64,000 bases of DNA from the NCBI GenBank assembly GCA_965242525.1, contig OZ251459.1, positions 1,888,001 to 1,952,000 on the forward strand, in the 5' to 3' direction. Positions 31,094-41,044 of this stretch are shown piece after piece; positions within the stretch are counted from its first letter, which is position 1, and every line of letters begins with the position of its first letter. The notes beneath the pieces are model-generated. The model saw nothing but the letters and a program-made list of their open reading frames with translations. It was not told the DNA's origin and did not search any database. The DNA comes from an uncultured Candidatus Binatia bacterium. Its GTDB lineage: Bacteria; Desulfobacterota; Binatia; UBA9968; JAJDTQ01. The position numbers and the translations under genes are program-made.

Positions 31094-31879
31094 ATGGTTT
31101 CCGACGCCGTTTCCATCATCCGCCGGCCCCGTTTGCGGCAACCCTTCCTGATCCTGTCGTTCTCGGGATGGAGCGACGCCGGCTCTTCGGCCACGTCCGC
31201 GGTGCGCTACCTCATCGAGCAGCTCCTGGCCACGGAGCTGGCCAGGATCGACCCGGAAGACTATTACGACTTCTCCGTCCAACGGCCCCACGTGCGCCTG
31301 GTGTCGGGAGAGCGCGAGATCGAATGGCCCTTCTACGCCTTCCACTACTACAAGACCGGCAGCGAGCTGGACCGGGACTTCATCTTCGCCTCGGGGGCCG
31401 AGCCGCACCTCCACTGGAAGTCCTTCTCCGGCGCGGTGATGGAGCTTGCGCGAGAGTGGAAGGTGGCTCGCATCATCACCCTGGGGGCCCTCCTCGACGA
31501 GGTCCTCTACACCAAGCCCGTGCCCCTGAACGGGTTCTCGTCAGACCCGGCGCTGGTGAAGGAGTTGGACTTCGCCCCGTCCCGTTACCAGGGTCCCACC
31601 GGCATCGTCGGGGTATTGGGCGACACCTTCCGCAAGGAAGGCATGCCCCACGTGAGCCTGTGGGCGGCGCTGCCCCACTACCTGGCGCCGTCCCCCAACC
31701 CCCGGGGCACCCTGGCGCTGGTCCTTCGCCTGACCCAGTGGCTCGGCATCCGCATCGACACCAGCCCGCTGGAGCGGGCCGCGGGCGAGTTCCAGAGCAA
31801 GGTGAACGACGTGGTCAACAGCGACCCGAACCTGACGGCGCTGGTGCGGGAGCTCCAGAAGCACGAGTTCGAGCAGTAA
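31094..31879 (+). CDS. PAC2 (proteasome assembly chaperone) family protein
   Basis: FSGWSDAG, IDPEDYYDF..QRP, GAEP...W, YQGPTGIVG, LWAALPHY. Confidence 0.85.
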   Translation: MVSDAVSIIRRPRLRQPFLILSFSGWSDAGSSATSAVRYLIEQLLATELARIDPEDYYDFSVQRPHVRLVSGEREIEWPFYAFHYYKTGSELDRDFIFASGAEPHLHWKSFSGAVMELAREWKVARIITLGALLDEVLYTKPVPLNGFSSDPALVKELDFAPSRYQGPTGIVGVLGDTFRKEGMPHVSLWAALPHYLAPSPNPRGTLALVLRLTQWLGIRIDTSPLERAAGEFQSKVNDVVNSDPNLTALVRELQKHEFEQ

Positions 31880-31900
31880 CCATCGAAGGAGGCAGGGACC

Positions 31901-32353
31901 ATGCGCAAAGCATCGTGGACGTTCGCGCTGACGACCGGCGCGTTTCTCTTGATGGTCTCCACCGCCATGCCGGCGGGACCGTTCGACAAGGTCATCGAGG
32001 AACGCCATGACCTGATGCATGAAATCGGCGACGCCAACAAGGCCATGCGGAGCGCGGGGGACGCGGCCGCGGTGGCGGCCAACGCCGACAAGCTGGCGGA
32101 AGCGCTGGCCAAGATCAACGCCGACACCTTCCCCAAGGGGAGCTCGGACGGCTCCCGCGCGAAGCCGGAGATCTGGGAGCGGTGGGACGAGTTCACGGCG
32201 ATGGCCGAGGACGCGGTGGAGCTGGCCCGGAGCATCGCGTCCAGGGCCCGGGCCGGCGAGGCCGCGGCCGTGTCCGAGATGGTCAAGGAATTCGGCAGGA
32301 ACGCCTGCGGAAGCTGCCACCGGGCCTTCCGGAAACCCAAGGAAAGGAACTGA
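31901..32353 (+). CDS. Cytochrome c' (class II)
   Basis: Signal peptide, FPKGS, A.PEIW..WDEF, C-terminal CGSCH. Confidence 0.88.
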   Translation: MRKASWTFALTTGAFLLMVSTAMPAGPFDKVIEERHDLMHEIGDANKAMRSAGDAAAVAANADKLAEALAKINADTFPKGSSDGSRAKPEIWERWDEFTAMAEDAVELARSIASRARAGEAAAVSEMVKEFGRNACGSCHRAFRKPKERN

Positions 32354-32365
32354 CGGCCCCGGCGC

Positions 32366-32638
32366 ATGATTACCGCCCACGTGGGAGAGGCCGCGGTCCC
32401 GGACATCGAGGCCTGGGCCAACCGCATCATCCGCGGCGAGGACGACTCGGTGGAGGCCGCGGAGTCCTACCACGACGCGGACTCCAACACCTACGTCCTG
32501 CGCCTGGTCTCGGGCGCCCGCGTCCTGCTCTTCCGGCTCTCGGAAGCACAGGTGCACACGCCCGAACGCGAGCCCGAGTGCGAGAAGACCCTGCGGAACC
32601 GGGTAAGGGAAGTGCGCCGCCTGCTCCGCGGGCCGTGA
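32366..32638 (+). CDS. Hypothetical protein
   Basis: 90-aa ORF 12 bp after cytochrome c' with host-like codon usage. Confidence 0.6.
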   Translation: MITAHVGEAAVPDIEAWANRIIRGEDDSVEAAESYHDADSNTYVLRLVSGARVLLFRLSEAQVHTPEREPECEKTLRNRVREVRRLLRGP

Positions 32639-32683
32639 CCTCCTCCCCGGGACACGGGACCGCCGCCGGCCGCGCCGCAGCCC

Positions 32684-33652
32684 CTACAGCAACCTGGCCA
32701 TGTCCTTGGCGAAGTAGGTGAGGATCACGTCGGCCCCCGCCCGCTTGATGGACAGCAGCACCTCGGGCACCACCCGGCTCTCGTCGAGCCAGCCGTTCCG
32801 GGCAGCCGCCTTGATCATGGCGTACTCGCCGCTCACGTTGTAGGCCGCGGTGGGGAACCGGAAGCGCTGCTTGACCCGGGAGATGACGTCCAGGTACGGA
32901 AGCGCCGGCTTCACCATGACCATGTCCGCGCCCTCGGCGATGTCCGTCTCCACCTCCCGCAGGGCCTCGTCGCCGTTCCCCGGGTCCATCTGGTAGGAAC
33001 GCCGGTCGCCGAACTGCGGGGTCGATTCCGCGGCCTCGCGGAACGGTCCGTAGAACCCCGAGGCGTACTTGGCGGCGTAGGACAGGATGGCCACCTGCGG
33101 GAACCCGTCCCGGTCCAGCGCCGTCCGGATGGCGCCCACCCGCCCGTCCATCATGTCCGAGGGGGCCACCATGTCCGCGCCGGCCCGGGCGTGGGACAGG
33201 GCCTCCCGCGCCAGCAGTTCGAGGGTTCCGTCGTTGTCCACGTCGTTGTCCTCGACCACGCCGCAGTGGCCGTGGTCGGTGTACTCGCACAGGCAGACGT
33301 CGGTGACCACCAGCAGGTCCGGAACCCTGTCCTTGATGGCCCGGATCGCTTCCTGCACCACCCCGTGGTCGGCATAGGCCTCCGACCCCGCCGGGTCCTT
33401 GGCTTCCGGGATGCCGAACAGGATCACGCCGGGGATGCCGAGGCGTTGCACCGTCTCGGCCTCCTGGGCCGCCCGGTCCACAGAGAGCTGGGAGACCCCG
33501 GGCATGGAGCTCACCGGCTGCGCCCGGTCGCGCCCCGGACAGACGAACAGCGGATAGATGAAGTCCCGGGGACTCAACGCGGTCTCGCGCACCAGGTCGC
33601 GCAACGGCGCGGTCCGTCGAAGCCTCCGAGGACGGGTCGCAGGAAACGCCAT
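32684..33652 (-). CDS. hemB: Porphobilinogen synthase (Zn-dependent)
   Basis: [38 protein letters not shown]. Confidence 0.97.
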   Translation of the reverse strand: MAFPATRPRRLRRTAPLRDLVRETALSPRDFIYPLFVCPGRDRAQPVSSMPGVSQLSVDRAAQEAETVQRLGIPGVILFGIPEAKDPAGSEAYADHGVVQEAIRAIKDRVPDLLVVTDVCLCEYTDHGHCGVVEDNDVDNDGTLELLAREALSHARAGADMVAPSDMMDGRVGAIRTALDRDGFPQVAILSYAAKYASGFYGPFREAAESTPQFGDRRSYQMDPGNGDEALREVETDIAEGADMVMVKPALPYLDVISRVKQRFRFPTAAYNVSGEYAMIKAAARNGWLDESRVVPEVLLSIKRAGADVILTYFAKDMARLL

Positions 33653-33666
33653 GAGGTCCCTCCCGG

Positions 33667-34488
33667 TTACGAACGGGCGTCCCGTTCCCGGACGCGCTCC
33701 ACCAGGGCCCGGATCAGGCCCGGCACGGTATATTCCCGGGCCACCGCGTCCACGCGCAAGCCGCGCCCGCGGGCCGCGTCCGTGGTGACCGGACCGATGC
33801 ACGCCACCCGGACCCCGGCGTCCGGGAAGCCTGCGCCCGCGGTTTCGAGCAGGTCCAGGAAGGCGTTCACGGTGCTGGGGCTCGTGAACGTCACCCAGTC
33901 CACCTGCTTCACGACTTCCGCCAGCCGCGGGGCGCCGGCCCGCACCGGCTCGTTTCGATAGGCCTCCACCACTTCCACCCGGGCGCCCCATTGGCGCAGG
34001 GTCTCGGGGAGCACGTCCCGGGCCCCCGCCACCCGCGCGAGCAGGAACCCGCGGCCGCGCGCCCGCTCCGGCCCCAGGGCCGCCAGGATGCCCTCGGCGC
34101 GGTACTCCTCGGGCACCAGGCTGACCGAAAGGCCCCGGTCCGCCAGCAGCCGGGCGGTCTGCGGGCCGATGGCGGCGATGCGGAGACGCATCAGGTCCTC
34201 CATGCGGCCGAGAGCTTCGCAGCGCGCCGCGAAGTAGCGCACGCCGTTGGCGCTGGTGAAGACCGCCCAATCCTGGCGGGGCAGGCCGCGGACGGCCTCG
34301 TCCAGGGCGCGTTGGTCATCCGGCGGCGCGATCTCCACCGTGGGGAACGCCACGGTCCGGGCCCCGAGGGCTTCCAGGCCGTTGGCCAAGGCCGCGGCCT
34401 GCCCCCGCGGGCGCGTGACCAGGACCCGCTGACCGGACAACGGGGCGCCGCCGGCCTCCACCGGGGCGGGCATGGCCGGATCTGTCAC
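33667..34488 (-). CDS. hemD: Uroporphyrinogen-III synthase
   Basis: VLVTRP, FTSANGV, AIGPQTA, FTSPSTV, CIGPVT. Confidence 0.92.
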   Translation of the reverse strand: MTDPAMPAPVEAGGAPLSGQRVLVTRPRGQAAALANGLEALGARTVAFPTVEIAPPDDQRALDEAVRGLPRQDWAVFTSANGVRYFAARCEALGRMEDLMRLRIAAIGPQTARLLADRGLSVSLVPEEYRAEGILAALGPERARGRGFLLARVAGARDVLPETLRQWGARVEVVEAYRNEPVRAGAPRLAEVVKQVDWVTFTSPSTVNAFLDLLETAGAGFPDAGVRVACIGPVTTDAARGRGLRVDAVAREYTVPGLIRALVERVRERDARS

Positions 34489-35396
34489 CACCGGGACTCC
34501 CGCAGCACCGCGTCCGCCCCTTCCTCCATCAGCTTCTCGGCGAGCCGGGTCCCCAGGGCGGCTGCATCCGCGCAGGCGCCCGATATGTCCCCCCGGAAGA
34601 TCCGCCGGCCGGACCGGTCCGCCACCATGCCCGAAAGCGCGATCCGGTCCCGGGCCACCACCGCCCGCGCTCCCACGGGCGCCTGGCAGCCCCCTTCCAG
34701 GCGCCTCAGGAACGCCCGCTCGGACTCCACCTCCAACGCCGACGGCTCGTGGTTCAGGAAACGCACCCGCTCCGCGTCGCCGCGCCGGGTCTCCAGGCCC
34801 AGGGCGCCCTGGGCGACGGCCCCCAGCCAAGTCTCGGAAGGCAAGGGCTGGGTCGCCTCGCGCTCCCGGCCCAGACGCTTGAGCCCCGCCAGAGCGAGGA
34901 CCAGGGCTTCCACCTCGCCGGCCGCGAGTTTGGCCATGCGCGTGTCCACGTTTCCCCGTATGGGCGCCACCGCCAAGTCCGGACGGTGGTGCAGCACCTG
35001 GGCCTGCCGCCGGAGGCTGCCGGTGCCCACCCGGGCGCCGGCCGGCAACTCCGACAGGCGTCGGGCCACGCGGCTGACCATCACGTCCCTGGGGTCCTCG
35101 CGCTCCGGCACCGCGGCGATGGCCAGGCCTTCGGGGAGCTCGGTGGGCAGGTCCTTCATGGAGTGCACCGCCACGTCGATGCCGCCTTCCAGGAGCGCGT
35201 CCTCGATCTCCTTGATGAAGACCCCCTTGACCCCGATCCGGTCGATGGGGAGGTCCCGGAACCGGTCGCCGCTGGTGCGGATGGCCGCCACCTCCACCGC
35301 CAGCCGCGGGTAGCGGCGCTGCATGCGGTCCCGGACCCATTGCGCCTGGGCCAGCGCCAGCGCGCTCCGCCGCGTCCCGATGCGGATCCGGTCCAT
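34485..35396 (-). CDS. hemC: Hydroxymethylbilane synthase
   Basis: IGTRRSALA..Q, AVHSMKD, GTGSLRR, RGNVDTR, LEGGCQ.P. Confidence 0.97.
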   Translation of the reverse strand: MDRIRIGTRRSALALAQAQWVRDRMQRRYPRLAVEVAAIRTSGDRFRDLPIDRIGVKGVFIKEIEDALLEGGIDVAVHSMKDLPTELPEGLAIAAVPEREDPRDVMVSRVARRLSELPAGARVGTGSLRRQAQVLHHRPDLAVAPIRGNVDTRMAKLAAGEVEALVLALAGLKRLGREREATQPLPSETWLGAVAQGALGLETRRGDAERVRFLNHEPSALEVESERAFLRRLEGGCQAPVGARAVVARDRIALSGMVADRSGRRIFRGDISGACADAAALGTRLAEKLMEEGADAVLRESRW

Positions 35397-35408
35397 GGCG
35401 TCATCCGC

Positions 35409-36713
35409 TCACGGACCGTCCCGCCCCGGGTCCGGCTCGTCGTCCAGGTCGAAAAGCGCCCTCACCGCGTCGTGGTAGGCCGCGTCCCCGCCGGGACCCT
35501 CCTTGAGCCGGGTCAGCGGGCCGTGGAGGATCTTGTTGATCATGGCCGCGGTCAGGTCCTCGACGGCCTTGCGCTCCCGGTCGGAAACGTCCTTGAGGTT
35601 CGACTCCAGGGACTTCCGCAACTCGCCCTGGCGGATCTCTTCGAACCTCCGCTTCAGGGCGATGATGGTGGGAACCCGCTCCAGGGACGTGAGCCACCGG
35701 TAGAACGTCTCCACCTCCTGATCCACGATGAGTTCCCCCTTGTCGGCCTCGCTTTCCCTCCCCTTGAGGTTCTCCCGGGCCACGTCGGTCAAGTCGTCGA
35801 TGTGGTACAGGTACACGTTGTCCAGGCCGTGGATCAGGGGGTCGAAGTTCCGGGGCACGCCCAGGTCGATGAGGAACATGTTGCCCTGCTTCCGCTCCCG
35901 CAGCACTTCCGCGGCCATGTCACGGGTGATCAGCGCCCCTTCCGATTCCACCGAGCCGATGACCACGTCGGCAAGCGTGAGGTAGCGGGCGTAGTCCTCG
36001 AAACGGATGGGGCTGGCCCCGAAGCGGTCCGCCAGCGCCACCGCGGTCTCGAAGGTGCGGTTGGTGATCATCAGGCCCCGCACGCCGTTCTCCACCAGGT
36101 GCCGCACCAACGATTCGCCCATGGCGCCGGACCCGATGACCATCACGGTCTTCTCCCCCAGGTCGTCGAAGATCCGCCTGGCCAGGTCCACGGCCACGGA
36201 GCCCACGGAAACGGGCCGGTTGGCGATGCCCGTCCCCTGCCGCACCCGTTTGGCCACGGAGAAGGAGCGGTCGAAGAGACGGTGCAGGACGCTGCCGACG
36301 GCGCCGGCCTGCCGGGCGATGGAGTAGTGCTCCTTCAGTTGGCCGAGGATCTGGGGCTCGCCCACCACCATGGAGTCCAGGCTCGAGGCCACGCGGAAGA
36401 GGTGCCGCACCGCGTTCTTGCGGGCGTGGTGGTAGAGCCGGTCTTCCGCGGGGTCCAGGCGGACGCCGGGCCGGTTCCTGAGGAAGCCCCCGATCTCCGC
36501 AAAGCCGGCACGGCCGTCCCGGGCCACCGCCACCACCTCCACCCGGTTGCACGTGGACAGGATCACCCCTTCTTCCACCGAGGGGAGCGCCACCAGCTCC
36601 CGGAGGGAGCCGTCGAGCCCGTTGGACGGGAACGCGAGCTGCTCGCGGACTTCCACCGGCGCGGTACGGTGGTTCAGGCCCACCACGAGTATCTGTCGCC
36701 CCGCCTCACTCAA
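35409..36713 (-). CDS. hemA: Glutamyl-tRNA reductase
   Basis: GLNHRTAP, LSTCNRVE, SLDSMVVGEPQILGQ, IGSGAM. Confidence 0.97.
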   Translation of the reverse strand: MSEAGRQILVVGLNHRTAPVEVREQLAFPSNGLDGSLRELVALPSVEEGVILSTCNRVEVVAVARDGRAGFAEIGGFLRNRPGVRLDPAEDRLYHHARKNAVRHLFRVASSLDSMVVGEPQILGQLKEHYSIARQAGAVGSVLHRLFDRSFSVAKRVRQGTGIANRPVSVGSVAVDLARRIFDDLGEKTVMVIGSGAMGESLVRHLVENGVRGLMITNRTFETAVALADRFGASPIRFEDYARYLTLADVVIGSVESEGALITRDMAAEVLRERKQGNMFLIDLGVPRNFDPLIHGLDNVYLYHIDDLTDVARENLKGRESEADKGELIVDQEVETFYRWLTSLERVPTIIALKRRFEEIRQGELRKSLESNLKDVSDRERKAVEDLTAAMINKILHGPLTRLKEGPGGDAAYHDAVRALFDLDDEPDPGRDGP

Positions 36714-37527
36714 AGCGGCCCCCGTGACGGCTCAGGAACAACGCGTCCCCCCAGAGGAAGTAGCCCAGGACGATCATGAAACCCGTGATGGTCCAGACCG
36801 CGGCCTTCCTGCCCCGCCAGCCCGCGGTCAGGCGGCCGTGGAGCAGTATCCCGTACAGAGACCAGGTCAGGGCGGAGGTGATCTGGCGCGGGTCCCAGGA
36901 CCACCAGGTCCCCCAATACGCGTGGGCCCACACGCTGCCCGTAAGGATGCCAAGGGTCATGAACGGGAAGCCCCACACCAGGAAGACCTTGTTGAGACGG
37001 TCGAGGGTCTCCAGGGCGGGCAGGGCCTGGCTCCAACCGGCCACCCTCTTGTTCTTGAGCTGGCGCCGGAGCAGCAGATAGACCACGCTCACCGCGAAAG
37101 CCAGGGCGAACACCGCGTTCCCCAGCAACGCCAGGGTCACGTGCAGCGGCAGCCAATGGGTCAGCAAGGCCGGCGGCGTCTCCAGCCCGGGGTCCCCCAG
37201 GGCCACGGACCTCAGGGACATGAGGAAGGCCACCGGCGCCACGAAGCACCCCAGGATCGGAAGCCGATACTTGATCTGTACCGTAAGGTACACGCCCACC
37301 ATCAACCAGCCGTAGAAGGACTGGGTGGCAGGCGTCTGGGCGAGGGCCGGGAAGCCCGCGTCATGGAAGAGCAGCGCGAACCTTGCCGCGTGGCCGACGA
37401 AGCCCGCCAGCAGCAGGCCCTGGCCCGCACGGGAGAATGCCTCCCGCGGAGAGAACAGGTAGAGGATGAACGCGCCCGTGGCCAGGAGGTAGGATCCGGC
37501 CACGGCCAACTGAAGGCTCTCGTGCAT
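36706..37527 (-). CDS. ccsA: Cytochrome c biogenesis protein (CcsA/HemX-like)
   Basis: LTGSVWA...WG..WSWDP (WWD domain), GWRGRKAA. Confidence 0.88.
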   Translation of the reverse strand: MHESLQLAVAGSYLLATGAFILYLFSPREAFSRAGQGLLLAGFVGHAARFALLFHDAGFPALAQTPATQSFYGWLMVGVYLTVQIKYRLPILGCFVAPVAFLMSLRSVALGDPGLETPPALLTHWLPLHVTLALLGNAVFALAFAVSVVYLLLRRQLKNKRVAGWSQALPALETLDRLNKVFLVWGFPFMTLGILTGSVWAHAYWGTWWSWDPRQITSALTWSLYGILLHGRLTAGWRGRKAAVWTITGFMIVLGYFLWGDALFLSRHGGRFE

Positions 37528-37590
37528 GCGTCCGGGACATTATATCCCATCCGCGGGGGAAGCCCTAGCGTTTCCGGGTCCCCGAAGGGG

Positions 37591-39000
37591 TCAGGATTGG
37601 GCGCCGGGTATGCGGAGACGCTGGCCGGCCCGGATCCGGTGGACGTTCGAGATGTTGTTGGCCCGTTGGAGGGAGGCCACCGACACCCGGTAGCGTCCGG
37701 CGATGGTCGAGAGGGTCTCGCCCCGGCGCACGCGATGGTAGGACCCGGGCGCGGGCGCCGATGCCGTCCTCGGCTTGCGGTCGCGGAACGACTTGCCCGC
37801 GGGGATCTGGAGCCGCTGTCCCGCCCGCAGCCGGTGGATGCTGGCCATTCCGTTGACCGCCTGGATCTCGTACATGGACGCGCCATAGACCTGTGCGATA
37901 CGGGAAAGGGTCTCGCCCCTGGCCACCACGTGGTAGGGGAACGAAGGCGCGGACTCCATGCCCGCCAACGCCTTGCGGAGCCGCTGGCTTTGCAGTTGCG
38001 GCGCCTTCAGCCGGTAACCCTCCGGGATCCACCGGGCGCGGCGGCTCACCGCCGGGTTCCATTCGAGCAGGTCCGACCGGGACACCTTGCTCTGGCGCAA
38101 CAGCGAGGACACCGCCACGCGCCTGGCGAGGCGGATCTCTTCCAGGTGCAGCAGCGGGTCGTACCGGACGCCCGGCAGGTGCCGCTCGACTTCCCGCATG
38201 ACGTGCACCGCGGCGAGGAACTCCGCGTAGAAGTTCTTCGACGCGAACTTGAAGCTGCGTCCGCGATAGCGGCGGATGATCTTCACGATGTCCCGGGATC
38301 CCACTTGGCGCACCGCCCTCTTCATGCCGTTGCGTCCGTGGTTGTAGGCGGTGACCGCCAGCGGCCAGGTCCCGAGCTCCCGGTAGTTCTCCTGCAGCAG
38401 ACGGGCGGCCGCCCGGGTCGCTTCCATGGGGTCCCTGCGCTCGTCCAGGTGCCGCGTGACCCGCATGTACCGTCGTCCGGTGCCGGGCATGAACTGCCAC
38501 ATGCCCACCGCCCCGCGGAACGAACGCGCATCGTTCCGGAACGAGGACTCCACCAGCGGCAGGTAGGCCAACTCTTCCGGCAGTCCCCGGGCGGCGAAGA
38601 CCTTGCGCATGTGGCCCATGTAGCGGCCCGACCGCCGCACCCCGGCCGCGAAGGAATCGCTGATCCCCCGCTGCATCCGGATCCGGTGGGACGGGACGCC
38701 CCGCCGCTGTATCCGGCTGCGTGTGGAACGGAACACCCTGCGCACCTTGGCGTTCCGCCGGACCTTCACCACCTCGTATATCTTCGAGAAGTCCCGCGGG
38801 TCGAAGAACACCAGTTGCGTGGAGTCGTAACGGAGGAAGATCTTCTTCCAGAAGTCCACCGCCGGCTCCAGGCCGGAAGGAATGGTGAACGGGTCCGCGG
38901 CCGGTGCAACGGGGCCGCTTGCAAGCAACGACGGGGGCGCCGCAAACCCGCTGAAGAGGAAGACCAGCAGGCCGGCGATGGGGAGAAGTCTGCGTACCAT
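37591..39000 (-). CDS. Lytic transglycosylase with LysM domains (MltD-like)
   Basis: LPLVESSF, AVGMWQFM, AYNHG; two C-terminal LysM repeats (GETLS.IA). Confidence 0.92.
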   Translation of the reverse strand: MVRRLLPIAGLLVFLFSGFAAPPSLLASGPVAPAADPFTIPSGLEPAVDFWKKIFLRYDSTQLVFFDPRDFSKIYEVVKVRRNAKVRRVFRSTRSRIQRRGVPSHRIRMQRGISDSFAAGVRRSGRYMGHMRKVFAARGLPEELAYLPLVESSFRNDARSFRGAVGMWQFMPGTGRRYMRVTRHLDERRDPMEATRAAARLLQENYRELGTWPLAVTAYNHGRNGMKRAVRQVGSRDIVKIIRRYRGRSFKFASKNFYAEFLAAVHVMREVERHLPGVRYDPLLHLEEIRLARRVAVSSLLRQSKVSRSDLLEWNPAVSRRARWIPEGYRLKAPQLQSQRLRKALAGMESAPSFPYHVVARGETLSRIAQVYGASMYEIQAVNGMASIHRLRAGQRLQIPAGKSFRDRKPRTASAPAPGSYHRVRRGETLSTIAGRYRVSVASLQRANNISNVHRIRAGQRLRIPGAQS

Positions 39001-39114
39001 GCGGGATCTGTCAACGAAAACTTCGGGTTATCCTACAGCATGTGAGCCGCAATGTCAAGTTTTATCGACAACCCGTGGCGGAACGGGATGTTCCGCTCGT
39101 CCACGGCCCTGTGC

Positions 39115-39481
39115 GCAGCCCGATCATCTCCGGCGCCACCTCGAAGACGTATCGCAGGACGAACTCCCTGGTGGCGTTGTCCCGATTGGGCCGGGCCGAT
39201 GGCGCCCCCGGGCCTCGTACAACCGATCCTGGTCGCCTTCGCCCGACCGAAGGACCACCGCCAAGTCCGTATCCCGCCCCGGTCCCAGCGGGAACGGAAC
39301 CCCGTTTCGTAGGCGTACCGGAAAGCGAGGCGGTCGTCGAAGGGCATGAGGTCGAACCCGCGGTCCCGAACGCCCGCGAGAATCCCCTCCTCCAGCAGGA
39401 GACCATCCGGGTCGGCGACCAGGGTCAGCCTGAGACCGTGGGATCAAACTCCCGGAGAACGTGGTCTCGCCAGTCGCACAT
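39115..39481 (-). pseudogene. pglZ: BREX type 3 PglZ N-terminal fragment (frameshifted, internally deleted)
   Basis: Across three apparent 1-bp frameshifts it reads MCDWRDHVLREFDPTV/RLTLVADPDGLLLEEGILAGVRDRGFDLMPFDDRLAFRYAYETGFRSRWDRG/TDLAVVLRS...LYEA..RH.PG.IG/NATREFVLRYVFEVAPEMI, recognised as the BREX-3 PglZ N-terminus. Confidence 0.78.
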
Positions 39482-39567
39482 GTGCGAGTCCGGCGGCCCG
39501 GACCGCTGCGTCTCACCAACAGCGTGTGGAATGGGACTTCATCCAGCACCACTCCGGCAATCGTGCC

Positions 39568-39810
39568 TTAGCGCACCACTAGTCTGATCACATCCTCGAA
39601 TTCCGACACGGACCGGCCGACCTGTCGCTCATAACGCTCGACCTTGAACCTGTGCGCGAGGAGATCCGCAATTGCAAGCGCAAAATCTTCGTCTTCGACC
39701 AAAGGCAGCGCCCTGATCTCTCCGAGTGAAATCTCACCCCGATCGAGCAGCAACGCCGCCGCCAAACGAGTTGGAATCACTGAACGATTCGCCATTTCGC
39801 CTATGGACAT
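39568..39810 (-). CDS. Hypothetical 80-aa protein
   Basis: ORF overlapping or abutting the protease stop; alternative start at MANRS. Confidence 0.6.
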   Translation of the reverse strand: MSIGEMANRSVIPTRLAAALLLDRGEISLGEIRALPLVEDEDFALAIADLLAHRFKVERYERQVGRSVSEFEDVIRLVVR

Positions 39811-40760
39811 TTGATACTCCCGGACGTCCCTGTCGATGCCGAGGCATCGTTCGTTTTCGGATCATCCGCCATCACTCCCGGTGGTACGGTTTCCAGTAAT
39901 CCCGGGGGCAGGTCCTTCAGTTGTTCCCTTAGTTTCGCTTGCTCATCTTGATGCCTCAGGGCTTCCTTTTCCCTGTTGAGCTTATGGATATTCCAAACCA
40001 GATCCAAAACCGCTCCTTCGATCTCCTTTGCTTTCAGGCCCAATCCTTGTGCTTCCTCAATTGTAATGCACCAACTATGATCCGCATATCCGGTCGTCAG
40101 CACCTTGCCAATGTCTTCGGCCTTCGACTCATTTCCCTTGAGCATCCTGGAAGAGAGGAGTCGTTCGACATACTCCCTTCCAACGTCAAGCGACTTCTTG
40201 AAGCTTCCGAGCGTAAGAGGGAACTGCAACCTTTGCATGAGGCCTTCAGCCAATTGCGAATTGCCGCTTGAAAACTCCTCTCGAATGAGTTGAAGGGTTG
40301 ACTCTATATGGAGAGGGGAAAACCTTTCCACCCGCTGTTCCAATGGGTTCATCGCGGTGATCTGCGGATCCAGTGGCCCCAGTTCCGCCACAGGGGTCAT
40401 GAGGATTTCGTCACCAGCACATATCAACAGCGTCGCCGCGCTCTTCGCCCATCGTGGAATGATGAAAGTCAGCCTTTCTTTCCCATACCGACGAAACAGA
40501 AGGGCAAGGTTGTAGGCCGCATCAATATCCCCACCACCGGAATCAATAATCACGTCCAGGGATTTACAGTCGTATTTGCCGGTCCTCAGTTCATCATAGA
40601 CCCTATCGACCAAGGTGCTTCTTATGTCGGCCTCTCCAAGTAGCAACGGAAAGCACTCCGAATTACGAATTTCAGCGAGTTCCTTACATGTATCATCCGT
40701 CTCCTTTTCGATGGAAGAGATCGTTCTCTTCGATCTTCTTGTCGATTTGGAGATCGCCAT
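39801..40760 (-). CDS. SDH-family Clp-fold serine protease
   Basis: LDVIIDSGGG, IP..AKSAATL (Ser), LGPLDPQ (Asp), YADH (His); AT-richer DNA; AAGGAG RBS. Confidence 0.88.
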   Translation of the reverse strand: MAISKSTRRSKRTISSIEKETDDTCKELAEIRNSECFPLLLGEADIRSTLVDRVYDELRTGKYDCKSLDVIIDSGGGDIDAAYNLALLFRRYGKERLTFIIPRWAKSAATLLICAGDEILMTPVAELGPLDPQITAMNPLEQRVERFSPLHIESTLQLIREEFSSGNSQLAEGLMQRLQFPLTLGSFKKSLDVGREYVERLLSSRMLKGNESKAEDIGKVLTTGYADHSWCITIEEAQGLGLKAKEIEGAVLDLVWNIHKLNREKEALRHQDEQAKLREQLKDLPPGLLETVPPGVMADDPKTNDASASTGTSGSIKCP

Positions 40761-40779
40761 TCCGGTACTCCTTCTCTCT

Positions 40780-40862
40780 TCATCCCGTCCGGCTGCGTGT
40801 CACTGCATGTTCGTACCACGTAAGCAATTTCGGGTCCCCCTGGAGAACTCCCTTGAGGAAAT
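40780..40862 (-). pseudogene. BREX type 3 methyltransferase (PglXI) C-terminal remnant
   Basis: VLQGDPKLLTWYEHAVTR* resembles the VLQEDPKLLMWYDQAxTR terminus of BREX-3 methyltransferases. Confidence 0.6.
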
Positions 40863-40985
40863 GGCGGAGATGACCGACAGGAGCCGGGTCTTGCCCGAAC
40901 CGCTGTCGGCCACCACCAGGACGAGGCGGTTGTAAAGGGCGGCTGCCTCCTCGACCTTTTCGAGGAGGGTCTCTTTGGACAGGGT
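40863..40985 (-). pseudogene. brxF: BREX type 3 BrxF N-terminal remnant
   Basis: LLEKVEEAAALYNRLVLVVADSGSGKT resembles the BrxF N-terminus (AxxLYxRLvlvV + Walker A). Confidence 0.65.
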
Positions 40986-41044
40986 CGTCGTTTCCGGTCC
41001 CCGGTGACCCGCGTTCGTTCCGCCGTCCCCTCGGCGCGCGGGGG

